This document shows, in pieces, positions 12,044-22,975 of a DNA stretch of 64,000 bases; the first letter of the stretch is position 1, and each line of letters opens with the position of its first letter. The position numbers were made by a program, and so were the translations under genes. The notes below the pieces were generated by a model. That model was not told the DNA's origin, ran no database searches, and saw nothing but the letters and a program-made list of their open reading frames with translations. This DNA is from Nymphaea colorata (taxonomy: Eukaryota): positions 8,742,001 through 8,806,000 of the forward strand of contig NC_045138.2 of NCBI RefSeq assembly GCF_008831285.2, read 5' to 3'.

Positions 12044-15000
12044 TGTATCCGAGAGTTTAAAAAAAAAACATATGTTCAATCATAAAGAGGGAAAGATAAA
12101 GAAAGGTATTCATGTACACGTATACGTATATAACACGTATATACGTACATGTCTTCATGAGAATAAAATCAAGAAATGAAAACAACCGACTTCAAGTTTG
12201 ATCTGGGTCGGAGGGGAGCTTGGATTCATACAAGAGTCTAAGCTAAGTCTTTAAGGCCGCATTAAAAGGTTTCTTTTGAAAATGTTTTGGAAAATATGAT
12301 TTATATAAACATAGAATGTTGTTATTTGGTTTGTCACAAGGGATATATTTCTTCCACCGTGGGGTATAGAAGAAAAACAAGCAAGATAACGAAGCATTCG
12401 TTAGGGTTTCTAATTGGGTGATTAGGAAGGAAACTAGTGCAAAATGACATGCAAATGCATATTAACATGTACATTTTCGTAAGAGTTTTCCCCAGGTTGG
12501 ACAAGTCCCAACCTCAAAAATCACAAGAAGAAATCCCAACCCCAAATACTCATTCTTATCGTCCATTTGCTCATTGATTAAGAGAAGATTAGAATATCAT
12601 GCATGAGCATCATCTCAAGCATGAATGGTGAACGAAGACAATATAGCAAGTATATTTTTGGAGATAAATGAAGAAATAAAATTTATTCCGTCTTGCTCAT
12701 ACTCCCGGTGCACTCAAGAGTAGCTCTTGATTCCAGATAGGAAATCATTTTAGCTTTCTTGCACGGCCATGTGGAGGTGGTAAGAGGAAAAGAGAAAATG
12801 GATGAAAATAAGAGGAAGAATACATACCTCGAATGTGATTGATATTGGAAATGAGCCATCTCTTTTGAATGATCTTGGACTTACATTGAATGAAGCTCCA
12901 AGATGTTGAAGATGAAGCCTTCATGAGATCTTCGTGCTCTCTTGAAGAGTTGTTGCTTGATGAAGCTTGCTTCAAGTTGAAGAAGGGGAGAGTAAGAATG
13001 AAAGAGAGAGGGAAATGGAGGAAGAGAGTTAAGAAAACTCTAAGTCCTCAAGTAAAAATTGCTAGAATCTCTCTAAGGGCTCACTCATTGCTCAAGAGGA
13101 GGAAAATGAGGGTATTTATAGAGAGTTTTAGGAGCTAAAACTCAAAATTCAAAATTTTTTGAATTTGATACTATTTTTATACGAATTTTGACTTTTTGAA
13201 AAAGAAATAGTTTGAAAATGGGTATGATTGGCCATTAGGCTTAAAAATTCGTTTTTGAGCCATAGGGAGGGCAAATGCCCACTCAAAACGACCCAAAAAT
13301 GCCCTTAACAGCTCGTTTTTTTTTTTAAAAAAAGTGGAGCCTGTGCGTGCGAAAGGTCGCTACCGCGACAGTGCGGTCACGCGACGCGTGCCTGTGTGCG
13401 ATTGAGTTGTCGCGCATGGCGCGCTCGCTTGTGCAAGCTCGCACGTTGGTTGTTGGCAAGCGCGCACGTCGCTCGCTGGCGAGCGCGCACAACGCTCACA
13501 TGCGCGAGCGTGTGTGGCGCGCTCGTATGTGCGAGCTCCCTTTTTTTTTAAAAAAAAATTTAAATCAAATCAAATCTAGTATGATAAAAATGTTATTTAT
13601 ATAGAAATCATAAGTATTTTTTATTTAAAATGTAAAAAAAAGATTTTTTTGTTGAAAATGGACGGCCGACTCTGTTTCGAGTCACTCCAGACTCGTCTCA
13701 AATCCAATTTTGGTTCAGTCGCTTGCCGACGAGTTCTTGTGCTCGATAAAGGTTTGAAAACATGTTTTGGCGTGAGAATGAGACCTTAAAACAAAGGGAA
13801 GGTCCGTGCATGCGTAACACTCAAATTTTGTTATTTTGAATTCGATTTCGAATTCTGGGTTTGAAATACTTGATTTGGATCTAAACTTGGGTTTAAAATT
13901 CATTTTAGAAATAATGGACCCAAAATTTTAATAGCCCCCCTTTTTTTGAAAAATTTGGGGTGATAACACAAAGACAATCGACAATGTACTTTGCATTCTA
14001 TATCTCATTTTGTTTCTACTAACGATGTTGGTTAAAGTATGCAAAAATTTATTCAAGTTCTAACTGTTCATGCAGTTACTACTTGTCACCAACAGGCTTT
14101 ATTAAACACTTTGTGACGAAAGATCTTGGTCAACTACGATATTTCTTGAGAATAAAGGTTGCTCGCAACAAGAAATGTGTAGTTCTGTTCCAATGGAAGT
14201 ATGTTCTTGATTTATTGCAGGACATTGGGTTGCTAGGAGCTAAACCGGTCACTCTACCTATGAATCTACGCATACATCTTCATGATGACCAATCAGAATT
14301 AGTAGATTATCAATTATACAGATCCCTTATTGGAAAGTGATGCAAGATGAAAGCATAACCAAATTTTGTAATTGGACCCAATTAGAATTTTTAGTATTTG
14401 TAAAATGGATCCAGATCCGCAGTTCATCCCTTTCTCTATATAAGGGGACGTTGGATCATGTTGTAGACAGTCAAGAAGTTGAAAGAAATGAAGTGTGTCG
14501 TTAGTTTTCTTCTGTTCTTCTTGTTCTATTGATCATTTGCTTGAGTTTTAGTTAGTTTAAGTTTACTTGTGAGTGTAGTTGGATTAAGATTCTTTAATCT
14601 TGATTCTTATTGCATTAATTGGTATCATAGCAATATGATGCAAGGCAAGCCTTGCAGAACAACAAACTAACTACTGAAAACTAAAAAAATGTTACACTAG
14701 AGGACAACGAAGGGAAAGATGAAACAACATAAAAACAAACATAACTTTCTTCATTCAGATATCAATGTGTGTACAAAATAACTTTGTTGCCCATTTATAT
14801 GGACGAGAATAGCAACGGGTCGGGTCCTAAACAAGTGCCCGAATTCAAACAGATCCACTTAGATACAAAATGAATATACTAACAAAATGGATAACAAAAT
14901 AACATATGTAAATCAAAATTACATTTCAACACTTGGTCTGCCTCGAGTATCTAAACAGAGGAACCTCTTCTCGTGTAAGCTCTGGGTCCACAGGGGATCC

Positions 15001-18000
15001 CACGGTTGAAGGCTCATGGACTGCACTGATGCCCAAAGGTGGAACCTGAGGCGAGGAACTGGACCCAGGAGAGTGACGGGTCTGGTCCTGCACTGCATCA
15101 TTCTCCCTTGGTTGGAGAGAAGTCGTCTCCGACGAATCATTGTCACCAGAGTAGGGAAACAGATCAGAAACATTGAAGATCGGCGAAATTTGCCAATCTT
15201 CAAGAAGCTGAAGTAGATAAGCATTTTTCCCTAGACGTCGATTGATACGGAAAGGGCCATATTTATTAGGACTTAAACTTGCTATAGGTACCAAGAGGGC
15301 ATCGTGCAGGTCGTAGGTAGACCGAACTTGTTGACCCACTTCAAAGTTGACTTCTCGACGACTTTGATTAACACGAGACTTGTAGGTTTCATAGCTCTCC
15401 TAGAGCTTTTGTTTCAGTTGACTATAGACATCACGCATATACTCAATAGCATCAAGTGCCGTTGCAGCATGTTCTCCAGTACCGGGTATTGGGGATAAGT
15501 CAACAATATGGTTCGGGGACCAACCATAAACCACTTGAAAAGGAGTCTTCCCAGTGGAACGGTTGATTGAGTTATTATACGCAAACTCAGCTTGAGGTAG
15601 GACTAAGTCTCAAGTTTTTGTAAGAGACACCTTAGTAAGTTTCCTAGGATCCTATTGACTACCTCGGTTTGGCCGTCGGTTTGAGGGCGATAGGCACTAC
15701 TGAACTGAAGTTTAGTATTAAGCAGAGACCATAGTGAATGCCAAAAATGACTCAATAACCTTGTATCTCGATCTGATATGATTGAACGAGGAAGTGCACA
15801 TCTTTGAAATAGTAAGACACAACCAGTGATGCATTTGCTGTCCGCTTGTAGGGAATAAAAATGGCCATTTTTGAGAATCTGTTTACAACCACCAAGATTA
15901 AATCTACTTTACGATCCATCTTGGGAAGCCTAACATGAAATGCATAGAAACATGCTCCCAGGGCCTGTCTGGAATGGGTAGAGGAGTATATAATCCACTA
16001 TTTTGACTATTCCCTTTTGCGACTTGATAAGTACGGCAACACTGAACAAATTTTATGACTTCCTTCTCATCTTAGGCCAATAGTAGCGTCCATCCATCAA
16101 AGAATATGTCTTGTCCTGCCCAAAATGCTCCGACATTCCATTACCATGGAGTTCTGCAATAAGTTGTAATCGTAATGAGTATTGAGGGATACACAACTTA
16201 TTCCCACGAAAAAGGTAGCCATTGTGAATGGAAAATTTAGAGTCCGGAGGTGGAGATGCGTTAGAGCACTTAGACCAAATGTGGCTGAAGTCCGAGTCAG
16301 CATGATACATGTCCTTGCAACTTTCAAATCCGACTACCTCCACAGACATGGACATCAATAGCTTGTTCTTTCTGCTAAGGGCGTCTGCAACTCTATTGAG
16401 CTTTCCTGATTGGTGGCAAATGGAGAAGGTATACTTTTGCAAGAAATTAACCCACTTAACATGTTGAGCGCTCATCTTCTTTTGGCTATGGAGATACTTA
16501 AGTGTCTCATGATTTGTAAGCAGAACAAATTCTTTGTAGATTAAATAGTGTCTCCAATATCGAAGGGCCCGCACAACAGCATAGAACTCCAAGTCATAGG
16601 TAGAATACTGACATTGCTCCGCTTAGCTTCTCGCTATAGAAAGCGACTGATCTCTTGTTCTGACTAAGCACAGCTCCAATTCCAACCTTGGAGGCATCAC
16701 ATTCTACCTCAAATACCTTAGTGAAGTTTGGTAAAGCCAATACGAGGGCATGAATCATACGATCCTTGATATTTCCAAAGGCGTCCTCAGCCTCTTGGGT
16801 CCACTTAAAAGTTTCGCCCTTGAGACACTCTGTGATAGGAGCCATAATGGTGCTGAAGTTTTTGATAAATCTCTGGTAGAAAGTGGCTAAACCATGAAAA
16901 CTCTTGACATCGCCCATTGTTCTCGGCGTTGGCCAGTCTATGATAGCTTGCACCTTAGAGGGATCAGCCTGCACTCCTTCAGACGAAACAATGAACCCTA
17001 AGAAGACAAGGTTCGAAGTGAGGAAACTACAATTCTTGGCATTGACAAACAACTTTTCCTTACGCAAGGTCTCTAGGACTTGACGTAGATGACCAAGATG
17101 ATAAGTAATTGAAAGGCTAAAGACTAAAATGTCATCGAAGGACACTACAACAATTTTTCAATGTATGGCCGAAGGACTTGCGTCATGACACTCATGAAGG
17201 TGCTGGGCGCATTGGATAATCCAAAAGGCATGACTAGCCACTCATAGAGCCCATCTCGTGTCTTAAATGCAGACTTCCACTCATCTCCTTCTCAAATTCT
17301 TATTTGATGATATCCACTTTTCAAATCAATCTTTGAGAACACTTGTGTTCCCGCTAGCATATCCAACATATCATCCAATCTCAGAGTGGAGAAACATAAA
17401 AGCTTAACGGTGATCTTATTGATAGCTCGACTATCCACGCACATCCGTTTCGTGCCATCTTTCTTTGGGGTCAGTAAAGCTGAAACTGCACACAGACTAA
17501 CACTCTCTCGAATGTGACCATTTTGCAACAATTCATTTACTTGTCTCTGCAACTCAGCATGCTCAATGGGGTTCATCCGATAAGCATGTAGGTTGGGTAA
17601 ACTACTTCTCGGGACAAAGTTTATTGCATGTTGAACATTTCGGTTTGGTGGCAATCCCGGAGGCAGTTCATCTGGCATAAGTCTCTACCGCTGCCCTAAT
17701 CTATTTATTATTGAGATTAGGGTTAGTTAATTCAATGATTGTCTCTCTCTAAGTTTGTCGGCTGTAACAAAGGAGATGCTTAAGGAGGAAATAATCCAGC
17801 CCATTTGCAGCCCATATGCCTCGCGTATTCACTTGGTAAAAAAAGAAGGATGGGTTGTGGTGGTTCTTCGTAGATTACAAAGCCCTAAACTCCTGCATGA
17901 TAAAGAACTGCTATCCTATCCCCATGATTGAAGAATTATTGGATAAGCTCTGTGGGGCTAAGGTTTTTTCGAAGCTGGATTCGCGTGCACGATATCACCA

Positions 18001-21000
18001 AATCAGTATGGCGCCAGCTGATATACACAACACTGCTTTTCAGACCCATGAAGGCCAATATGAATTCATGGTTATGCCATTTGGTTTAACCAACAGTGCC
18101 AGCTACTTGTCAAGCAATCATGTCTTCGGGCCCTATTTAAGAAGAGATTCGTTTTGGTTTTTTTGACGATATACTCTACAGTTCATGAACCTTGCCCTCA
18201 ATGTGTTAGTCAGAAATCAGTTATATGCCAAGTGACATATTTAGGCCATAGAATCTCTGATCAAGGGGTCCAAATGGAGAAGAAAAAGGTGGCAACCATT
18301 GAAGATTGGGAGCTGCCGAAGATTGAATAAGGGCTGAGAGCTTTCCTAGGATTGGCGAGAGTATCCTGAAGGTTTGTGAGAGACTTCGGAACAATTGCTG
18401 CACCTCTAACTGATATGCTGAAAAAGGGCAGATTTGTATGGGGAGATGAAGGGGAACGTGCATTCTGCCATCTAAAAGAAGTCCTTATTCAGTAGAGACG
18501 GTGCATTGGAAGTGGGAGTGGGGCAGTGTTAAGTCAACGAGGTCACCCAGTCACGTATTTTAGCAAGGCTATGGGCGTCACCTTTAAAGGAAAATCAGCA
18601 TATGAAAGAGAACTGATGACCATGGTCATGGCCATCCAAAGGTGGCACCATTACTTTATTGGACGGAAATACAGTGCATTTACAGATCATCATAGCCTAA
18701 AATACTGTATGCAACAAAAGATAATCATAATAGTGCAGCAGAAATGGATAATGAAACTGGTTGCGTATAATTTCGAAGTTATCTACAAGAAGGGAATCAG
18801 CAACTTAGTGGCTGATGGTCTATACTCTGATAGTTTGAAAACACCGATGAAGGGTCAGCCGTGCAACTTCAGACCCTCAACAGACCAGTGGCAGAACTAT
18901 GGAGTAGGTTGATAGAGTTGCATACAAGCTCGGGTGAAGTTAAGAAGGTCAGATGACAGCGTCTTTTTTGTTGGCCAGGCATGAGAAAACAGATTTGTGA
19001 GTATGTGCAGCCCTGAGAAGTGTGCCAAAGGCAGAAATATGAAACTCTTTGCCCCACTGGATTGTTGCAGCGCTTACCAATTCCAGCGTGCATTTGGGAA
19101 GATATTTCCCTAGACTTTATTGAAGGTCTACAAGATAGAAACTCAGTCCAGTTATGTGGTTGTTGTTCTGCGTAGCATCGTAGGTAAGTTTCCAATATGC
19201 CATTAATGACCTCGGTTTGCCCATCTGTTTGAGGGTCATAGGCAGTGCTCATGCAGAGTTGGGTTCCCCACATAGAAAAATAATGTTTCCAGAGCTTACT
19301 TAGGAAGAGAGGGACGTGGTCACTCACCATTGACTTAGGCATTCTGTGCAGTTTGCTATATTATCTTGAAATGATTGAGCCACATCCTTGGCAGTATAGG
19401 GGTGGGATAGGGCGATAAAATCTGCATACTTGGAAAATCTATCGACTACAACAAGGATGATAGATTTTACCTTAGACTTTGGAGATGGTCTATGGTAGGC
19501 CACCACCAGATCTGAGAAGGTTCCATCCTCAAGGAAAAAATTTAGCGAGATAATGGTACAACTAGTGTTTAAAAACTCACAGAGTCAACTTGTTGACTGC
19601 TGACTCGGCTCGGCTCGCCCCCTTACCGGGTCAACCCAAGTTTAAACAGAAACTCCGTAGACCTCGCCTTGGAATCAGTTGACTCGACCGAGTCAGCCAA
19701 GTCAAGGAAGACTCAACCGAGTTCTGTTGTGTTTTTATATGCAGTGTAATACAAAAAAACTAAAATGTGCGGGGGGGTTTGAGTAATAAAAGCATGTTAT
19801 AAGAAAGTATGAAAACCTAAACCCTCGTTTGGGTTCTCTCCTTCTTGATGGCAAAAGACGAAGGAAAAAGACATTAAACCCTCATCTACTGTTTCCGGCC
19901 ATTTATACTCAACAAAAAGTGAAGCAGTGAGTTGAGGGTGAAATTTAAAGACATTTATGACCAGCTTAAATGAAAATTTTCAAGCATCAGCAATTAAATG
20001 AGGTAAAACAAATTAAAGAATGAATGATGCAGCAAGAACAGTGCTGGTTAACTCAACTTTGATGAAATAAGTTCTGGACGAGTTTGAGCATGAGTAGTCT
20101 TAGGTACTGGAGTCATGCCCAGCAGTCAACCTATGCGAACCAATCCTTCTGAAGTGCCCACTATCTATCACACAGACAGCCAATTTAGCTGTTGCACGCA
20201 TGTAGGTGCAACAAAATAGAGGCATGGTTGCAGCTATGAACAAATCTCACACATGAAAAAAGCGTTGGATCCTGTCAATGAACCAATTTTTAATTTTGTC
20301 CAGATTGGACTGGGTTGACCAGTTTCATGTTTGTCTTCAAAATTGGAAATGCCATTAAGCTATTTTCTATCCCTTTTTAGATTGTCCTTCATATTTCTAT
20401 TTACTCTTCTGTTCCTTCTGATGTAGGAAAGGAGTAAATAAATGAATGTCACTCAAAACACCATTTTTTGTGTCTCTGTTCTCGTGCAACAACTTAACAC
20501 ACCAAGAGAAACACAACAACATTTGGACATTTTAATGCCTCTTTCTTCTTCGAAACAGAGGCATTTGGAAATTTTAGTGCCTATTTCTTCTTCCTAATAA
20601 GTTTGAATATTGTTTGTGACAAATGGTTTTCTTAAAAATTTAGAAAATTTTGTTATTTTCTTAATTTTTCTCCTTCTCCTCTCAAAACCCATCAAATTTT
20701 GAGTCAAACTTACTCCAGAAAGCATCTTTGTGTTTTATTTCATCCACACACACGTACCACCATGCCAATGAAGCATTTCAAATTGCCTTGCACCCATTGC
20801 ACGGCCTGAAAGATGTTAAAGCAAGATCTTGCTGCAGTTACATTATTATGAACACCAAAGAAATAAATCAGCCTTTTAGCTCGAAGTAACAATCATTCAA
20901 AAAGTGAAGGAAGAGATAAAATTTTCTAGATTGAGTCTTTCAAGCAGCTATATCAACCATGTAGCATCTCCAGGCATTATGTACAGTTGCCCCCTTCTAT

Positions 21001-22323
21001 GGATGTTTCTTGGTGGCCACAGGGACCTGGCTGGGACTTTCTGATAACATCAATGATTAAACATTTTTTCTATAATGATGAAAAAAAGGCTGTTAAAAAC
21101 CTGTTTTTTGCTTGAAGCAAGTTAATTTCCTTGATGATCTATTTTATTGGCCTAGAGGTTTCAGATTAAGGAAAGCTACGGTTTTTGTGGATCCTCTTCT
21201 GCAGTGATTTTAAAATTTCTTTTTTTCTATATAGTGGTTTCATGAGGCCAGAAATAATTCTGATTCACTGTTTCTCCATAGGAACGGAAGATAGAAGATG
21301 CTGGTCAATCGAATTGGCAAAAAGCTTGTTTTGTGCCTACAAAGTCGGATGCACTTGTAATTGCATTTAGGAAGTGGCTGAGGAAGTACTCAAATGGCCA
21401 AATTGAATGGGCTACGCAGTTTGGAGGTCTGCCCCCAACTTTCGCTCGTGAGCAACTTATGGACAGGTATCTCATGTTTGTTGGTGTATTTTTCTTGGAT
21501 GAAACTTGTAACTGATTTGATATTCAGGCCTCCCTTACAGTCTGAAGATTTATTTTTTCTGTTAATCTTTTCAAATATAATTTATTTCCTTACAGCCTTT
21601 CATTGATGTAAATGGTCTCTTTGAAAACTTATATTTACTGAGATATGAAATGAGTTTGAATGTCCACTTTTTGGTACAATGGTATTCTGGTCGTCCAAGG
21701 ATGCAGCAAACTACCTTTTTTGTATCATGAGGTCTTACTTTTGGCAGCTTGGTAACGAGTAACATCATCGGGTGATCCTGCATTTTCAATCATGCTGAAA
21801 GGAACTGATGATTTTGGTGCTTCTTTTCTTGACTTGTATGGTTCTGGTGGAATTTATTAGGGAACCCACTTTGTATTATCTATTCTATGATATGATCAGA
21901 ATAATTCTTTTTATGCCTTTTATTATTTAATTTTTTTCTAGGTTACTTAATCATGATCATTCTATCTTGCTACTGTTTCTTTCAGTTGAAGAGACCAATT
22001 TTTGTATGGTTTATCCTATGAATTGTTTGTAATCATGCATTGAAGAATCTAATTCTTTCTTCCACAGATACTATTCACACGTGGTGAATTGTAGTAGCTG
22101 CCGAGCAGCAGTAACAGCATTAAAGGCTTTGGAGTTCTGTCTGCAGGTCTTGCCAATTGCATTGATAGGTATGGTTGCAGTTGCTAATGGCACCACGGTT
22201 TCAAGTGTGGCACGAAAAGTTCTTGTTTTCACTGCAGTCTTATGCTTTGTGGCTTCAAAATGGCTGGGTAACTTCATTTACAAGACCTTTTATTTCCATG
22301 ACTACAACCACGCCTTCAAGTAA
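1..22323 (+). CDS. PTC52: Spliced Rieske [2Fe-2S]/mononuclear-iron oxygenase, PTC52/ACD1-like (PAO family); join(<1..534,824..1011,4229..4328,4495..4653,4748..4945,21282..21466,22068..22323)
   Basis: The exons sum to 1620 nt (540 codons including TAA) with matching phases and no internal stop. Motifs: Rieske DRCPHR...QCVYHGW, iron-binding [14 protein letters not shown]-terminal CxxC (HVVNCSSC), two hydrophobic segments, and terminal HDYNHA, which I recognise as PTC52-like. The Ser/Pro/Arg-rich N-terminus resembles a transit peptide. The frame is open from base 1, so the ATG is upstream of the window. Confidence 0.88.
824..1011 (+). CDS. PTC52: Exon 2
   Basis: Acceptor [22 protein letters not shown]...RDIPYG; phase-2 donor GG|GTATGC at 1012. 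Confidence 0.92.
2745..3155. mobile_element. Degenerate non-autonomous DNA-transposon/MITE-like repeat in intron 2
   Basis: Similar to the reverse complement of 22597..22975 (TTCTCAGGTATTT motifs, GATAT-rich end); boundaries approximate. Confidence 0.45.
3230..3960 (-). mobile_element. Possible highly decayed LINE (L1-like) 3' remnant
   Basis: Only faint minus-strand peptide resemblance (LPWD...MGL, DNW, LYAIS) to the post-RT region of plant L1. Confidence 0.25.
4229..4328 (+). CDS. PTC52: Exon 3: mononuclear iron-binding motif
   Basis: Acceptor [28 protein letters not shown]...DFVQ; donor CAA|GTATTA at 4329. Not present in the ORF track. Confidence 0.9.
4495..4653 (+). CDS. PTC52: Exon 4 (probable GC donor)
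   Basis: Acceptor [18 protein letters not shown]...FVAPCLF...KPDPE; the only good phase-0 donor is GAG|GCATGT at 4654. Confidence 0.8.
4748..4945 (+). CDS. PTC52: Exon 5
   Basis: Acceptor CTTCAG|GTT; ...[23 protein letters not shown]...[19 protein letters not shown]; donor GAG|GTAATG at 4946. Confidence 0.92.
7726..7738 (+). promoter_or_regulatory. Primer-binding site (tRNAi-Met) of the copia element
   Basis: TGGTATCAGAGCC immediately after the LTR-terminal CA. Confidence 0.9.
8171..8382 (+). repeat. Two-copy ~105 bp tandem duplication in the copia 5' leader
   Basis: TTGGTGGACTGATTTA...CTCAAGTTGATTG(C/T)TGTG at 8171 and 8275. Confidence 0.85.
11068..13968 (-). mobile_element. ~2.9 kb solo-LTR-like insertion (large gypsy-type LTR) within the copia
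   Basis: The copia peptide DFPI...|...[16 protein letters not shown] is split here. Ends TGGAGTACTCCAG and TTTGGGGTGATAACA; minus-strand TATAAATA at 13113-13120; CpG-rich block 13340-13540; no coding domains; no TSD. Confidence 0.7.
14338..14631 (+). mobile_element. CRM-type 5' LTR (14338..14617) plus PBS, rest of element lost
   Basis: TGATGCAA...TTGCATTA termini, internal CTATATAAG, then TGGTATCATAGC at 14620..14631; interrupts the copia RT directly after YRSLIGK. Confidence 0.75.
14636..17677 (-). mobile_element. 5'-truncated CRM-clade gypsy retrotransposon
   Basis: RT ([39 protein letters not shown]); RNase H ([15 protein letters not shown]); integrase; PPT at ~15101-15113; 3' LTR 14636..15100 with TGATGCA...TGCATCA ends; ORF runs into the LTR via [13 protein letters not shown]. 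Confidence 0.88.
19562..19725. mobile_element. hAT-like terminal remnant with GACTC/GAGTC subterminal repeats
   Basis: TAGTGTTTAAAAACTC start followed by clustered GACTCG/GAGTCA motifs; partner end not found. Confidence 0.4.
21282..21466 (+). CDS. PTC52: Exon 6
   Basis: Acceptor [42 protein letters not shown]...EQLMDR; phase-2 donor AG|GTATCT at 21467. Confidence 0.92.
22068..22323 (+). CDS. PTC52: Exon 7 (terminal)
   Basis: Acceptor [18 protein letters not shown]...[13 protein letters not shown]. Confidence 0.93.
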
Positions 22324-22543
22324 ATACTTTTGGTAGCCGTTGTCTGTAAATTCTTCTTAGACAGTATTCTTCCTGTAACTGTATTGATTACTATTCTAGA
22401 CATTAGCCTTCCTTGCTATCATGGCTTTTCTGCTCACACTGTTTAATTGAGTGGACGTCATAAAATTATAAATGAAAGAAAGAAAACCAGTTCAGCTTCG
22501 TTTGCCAAGACTTTAAAATCCATTTAGTAGTCGGCTGGGAATA

Positions 22544-22544
<1 letters not shown>

Positions 22545-22594
<50 letters not shown>
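22545..22594. repeat. Compound (CT)n(CA)n microsatellite downstream of the stop codon
   Basis: Read directly. Confidence 0.95.
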
Positions 22595-22596
22595 TA

Positions 22597-22975
22597 TATC
22601 ATAAATATCGTGATATTTTTGACAATATTGCGACATTAATAAAAAGACAACAAAAATGATAAAAATGGGAAGTATTAAGAAAAGTAAAAATTGAATTCAT
22701 GGTGATTTTTTCAGGATTTTTTCATTTGTTTTTTATTTCATTCTGTTTTTCTTTTTTTCAACTTTTGTTTCACTGTTTTATTTCGTCTTGTTTTAGTTAT
22801 TTAACATAACCTCCTAAATGCATTACAAATACTTATTAGTTTTTCATTTCTTGTATTTTACCTAATATTTTGATTTTTTATTTAAAAAAAAAAACTTTAC
22901 GATTTTTCAAAAAAAAAAAAAAAACTTTGCTGATAAATACCTGAAAAAAACTTCGCCGATAAATACCTGAGAACA
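22597..22975. mobile_element. Degenerate MITE-like repeat, same family as 2745..3155 in the opposite orientation
   Basis: GATAAATACCTGA twice at 22932-22970; ATATC/GATAT-rich left end. Confidence 0.45.

Larger units (their letters stand above)
7532..17769 (+). mobile_element. Ty1/copia LTR retrotransposon inserted into the gypsy pol
   Basis: 5' LTR 7532..7725 (TGTTG...AACA); PBS at 7726; gag from ~8446; protease [10 protein letters not shown]; integrase ~10100-10540; RT fragment [10 protein letters not shown] 14083..14337; partial 3' LTR 17678..17769; TSD AAAGA/AAGGA. Confidence 0.9.
5385..19560 (+). mobile_element. Decayed Ty3/gypsy LTR retrotransposon (Reina-like chromovirus), outermost layer of the intron-5 nest
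   Basis: Putative 5' LTR 5385..5836 (TGGTGAAGGCCC...GGGCCTACCA); gag from ATG 5845 ([15 protein letters not shown] at 6176); protease remnant near 6980; RT resumes at 17770 ([35 protein letters not shown]); RNase H 18526+; integrase ~18960-19520. No 3' LTR found. Confidence 0.82.

Noticed and set aside
13347..13604. 85-aa Arg/Ala-rich ORF or host-gene CpG island
   Set aside because: Falls in the CpG-rich block of the solo LTR; no recognisable domain
1..22323. Calling the gene PAO/ACD1 or TIC55
   Set aside because: Same family, but [22 protein letters not shown] and terminal HDYNHA fit PTC52/ACD1-like better from recall; a phylogeny is needed to be certain
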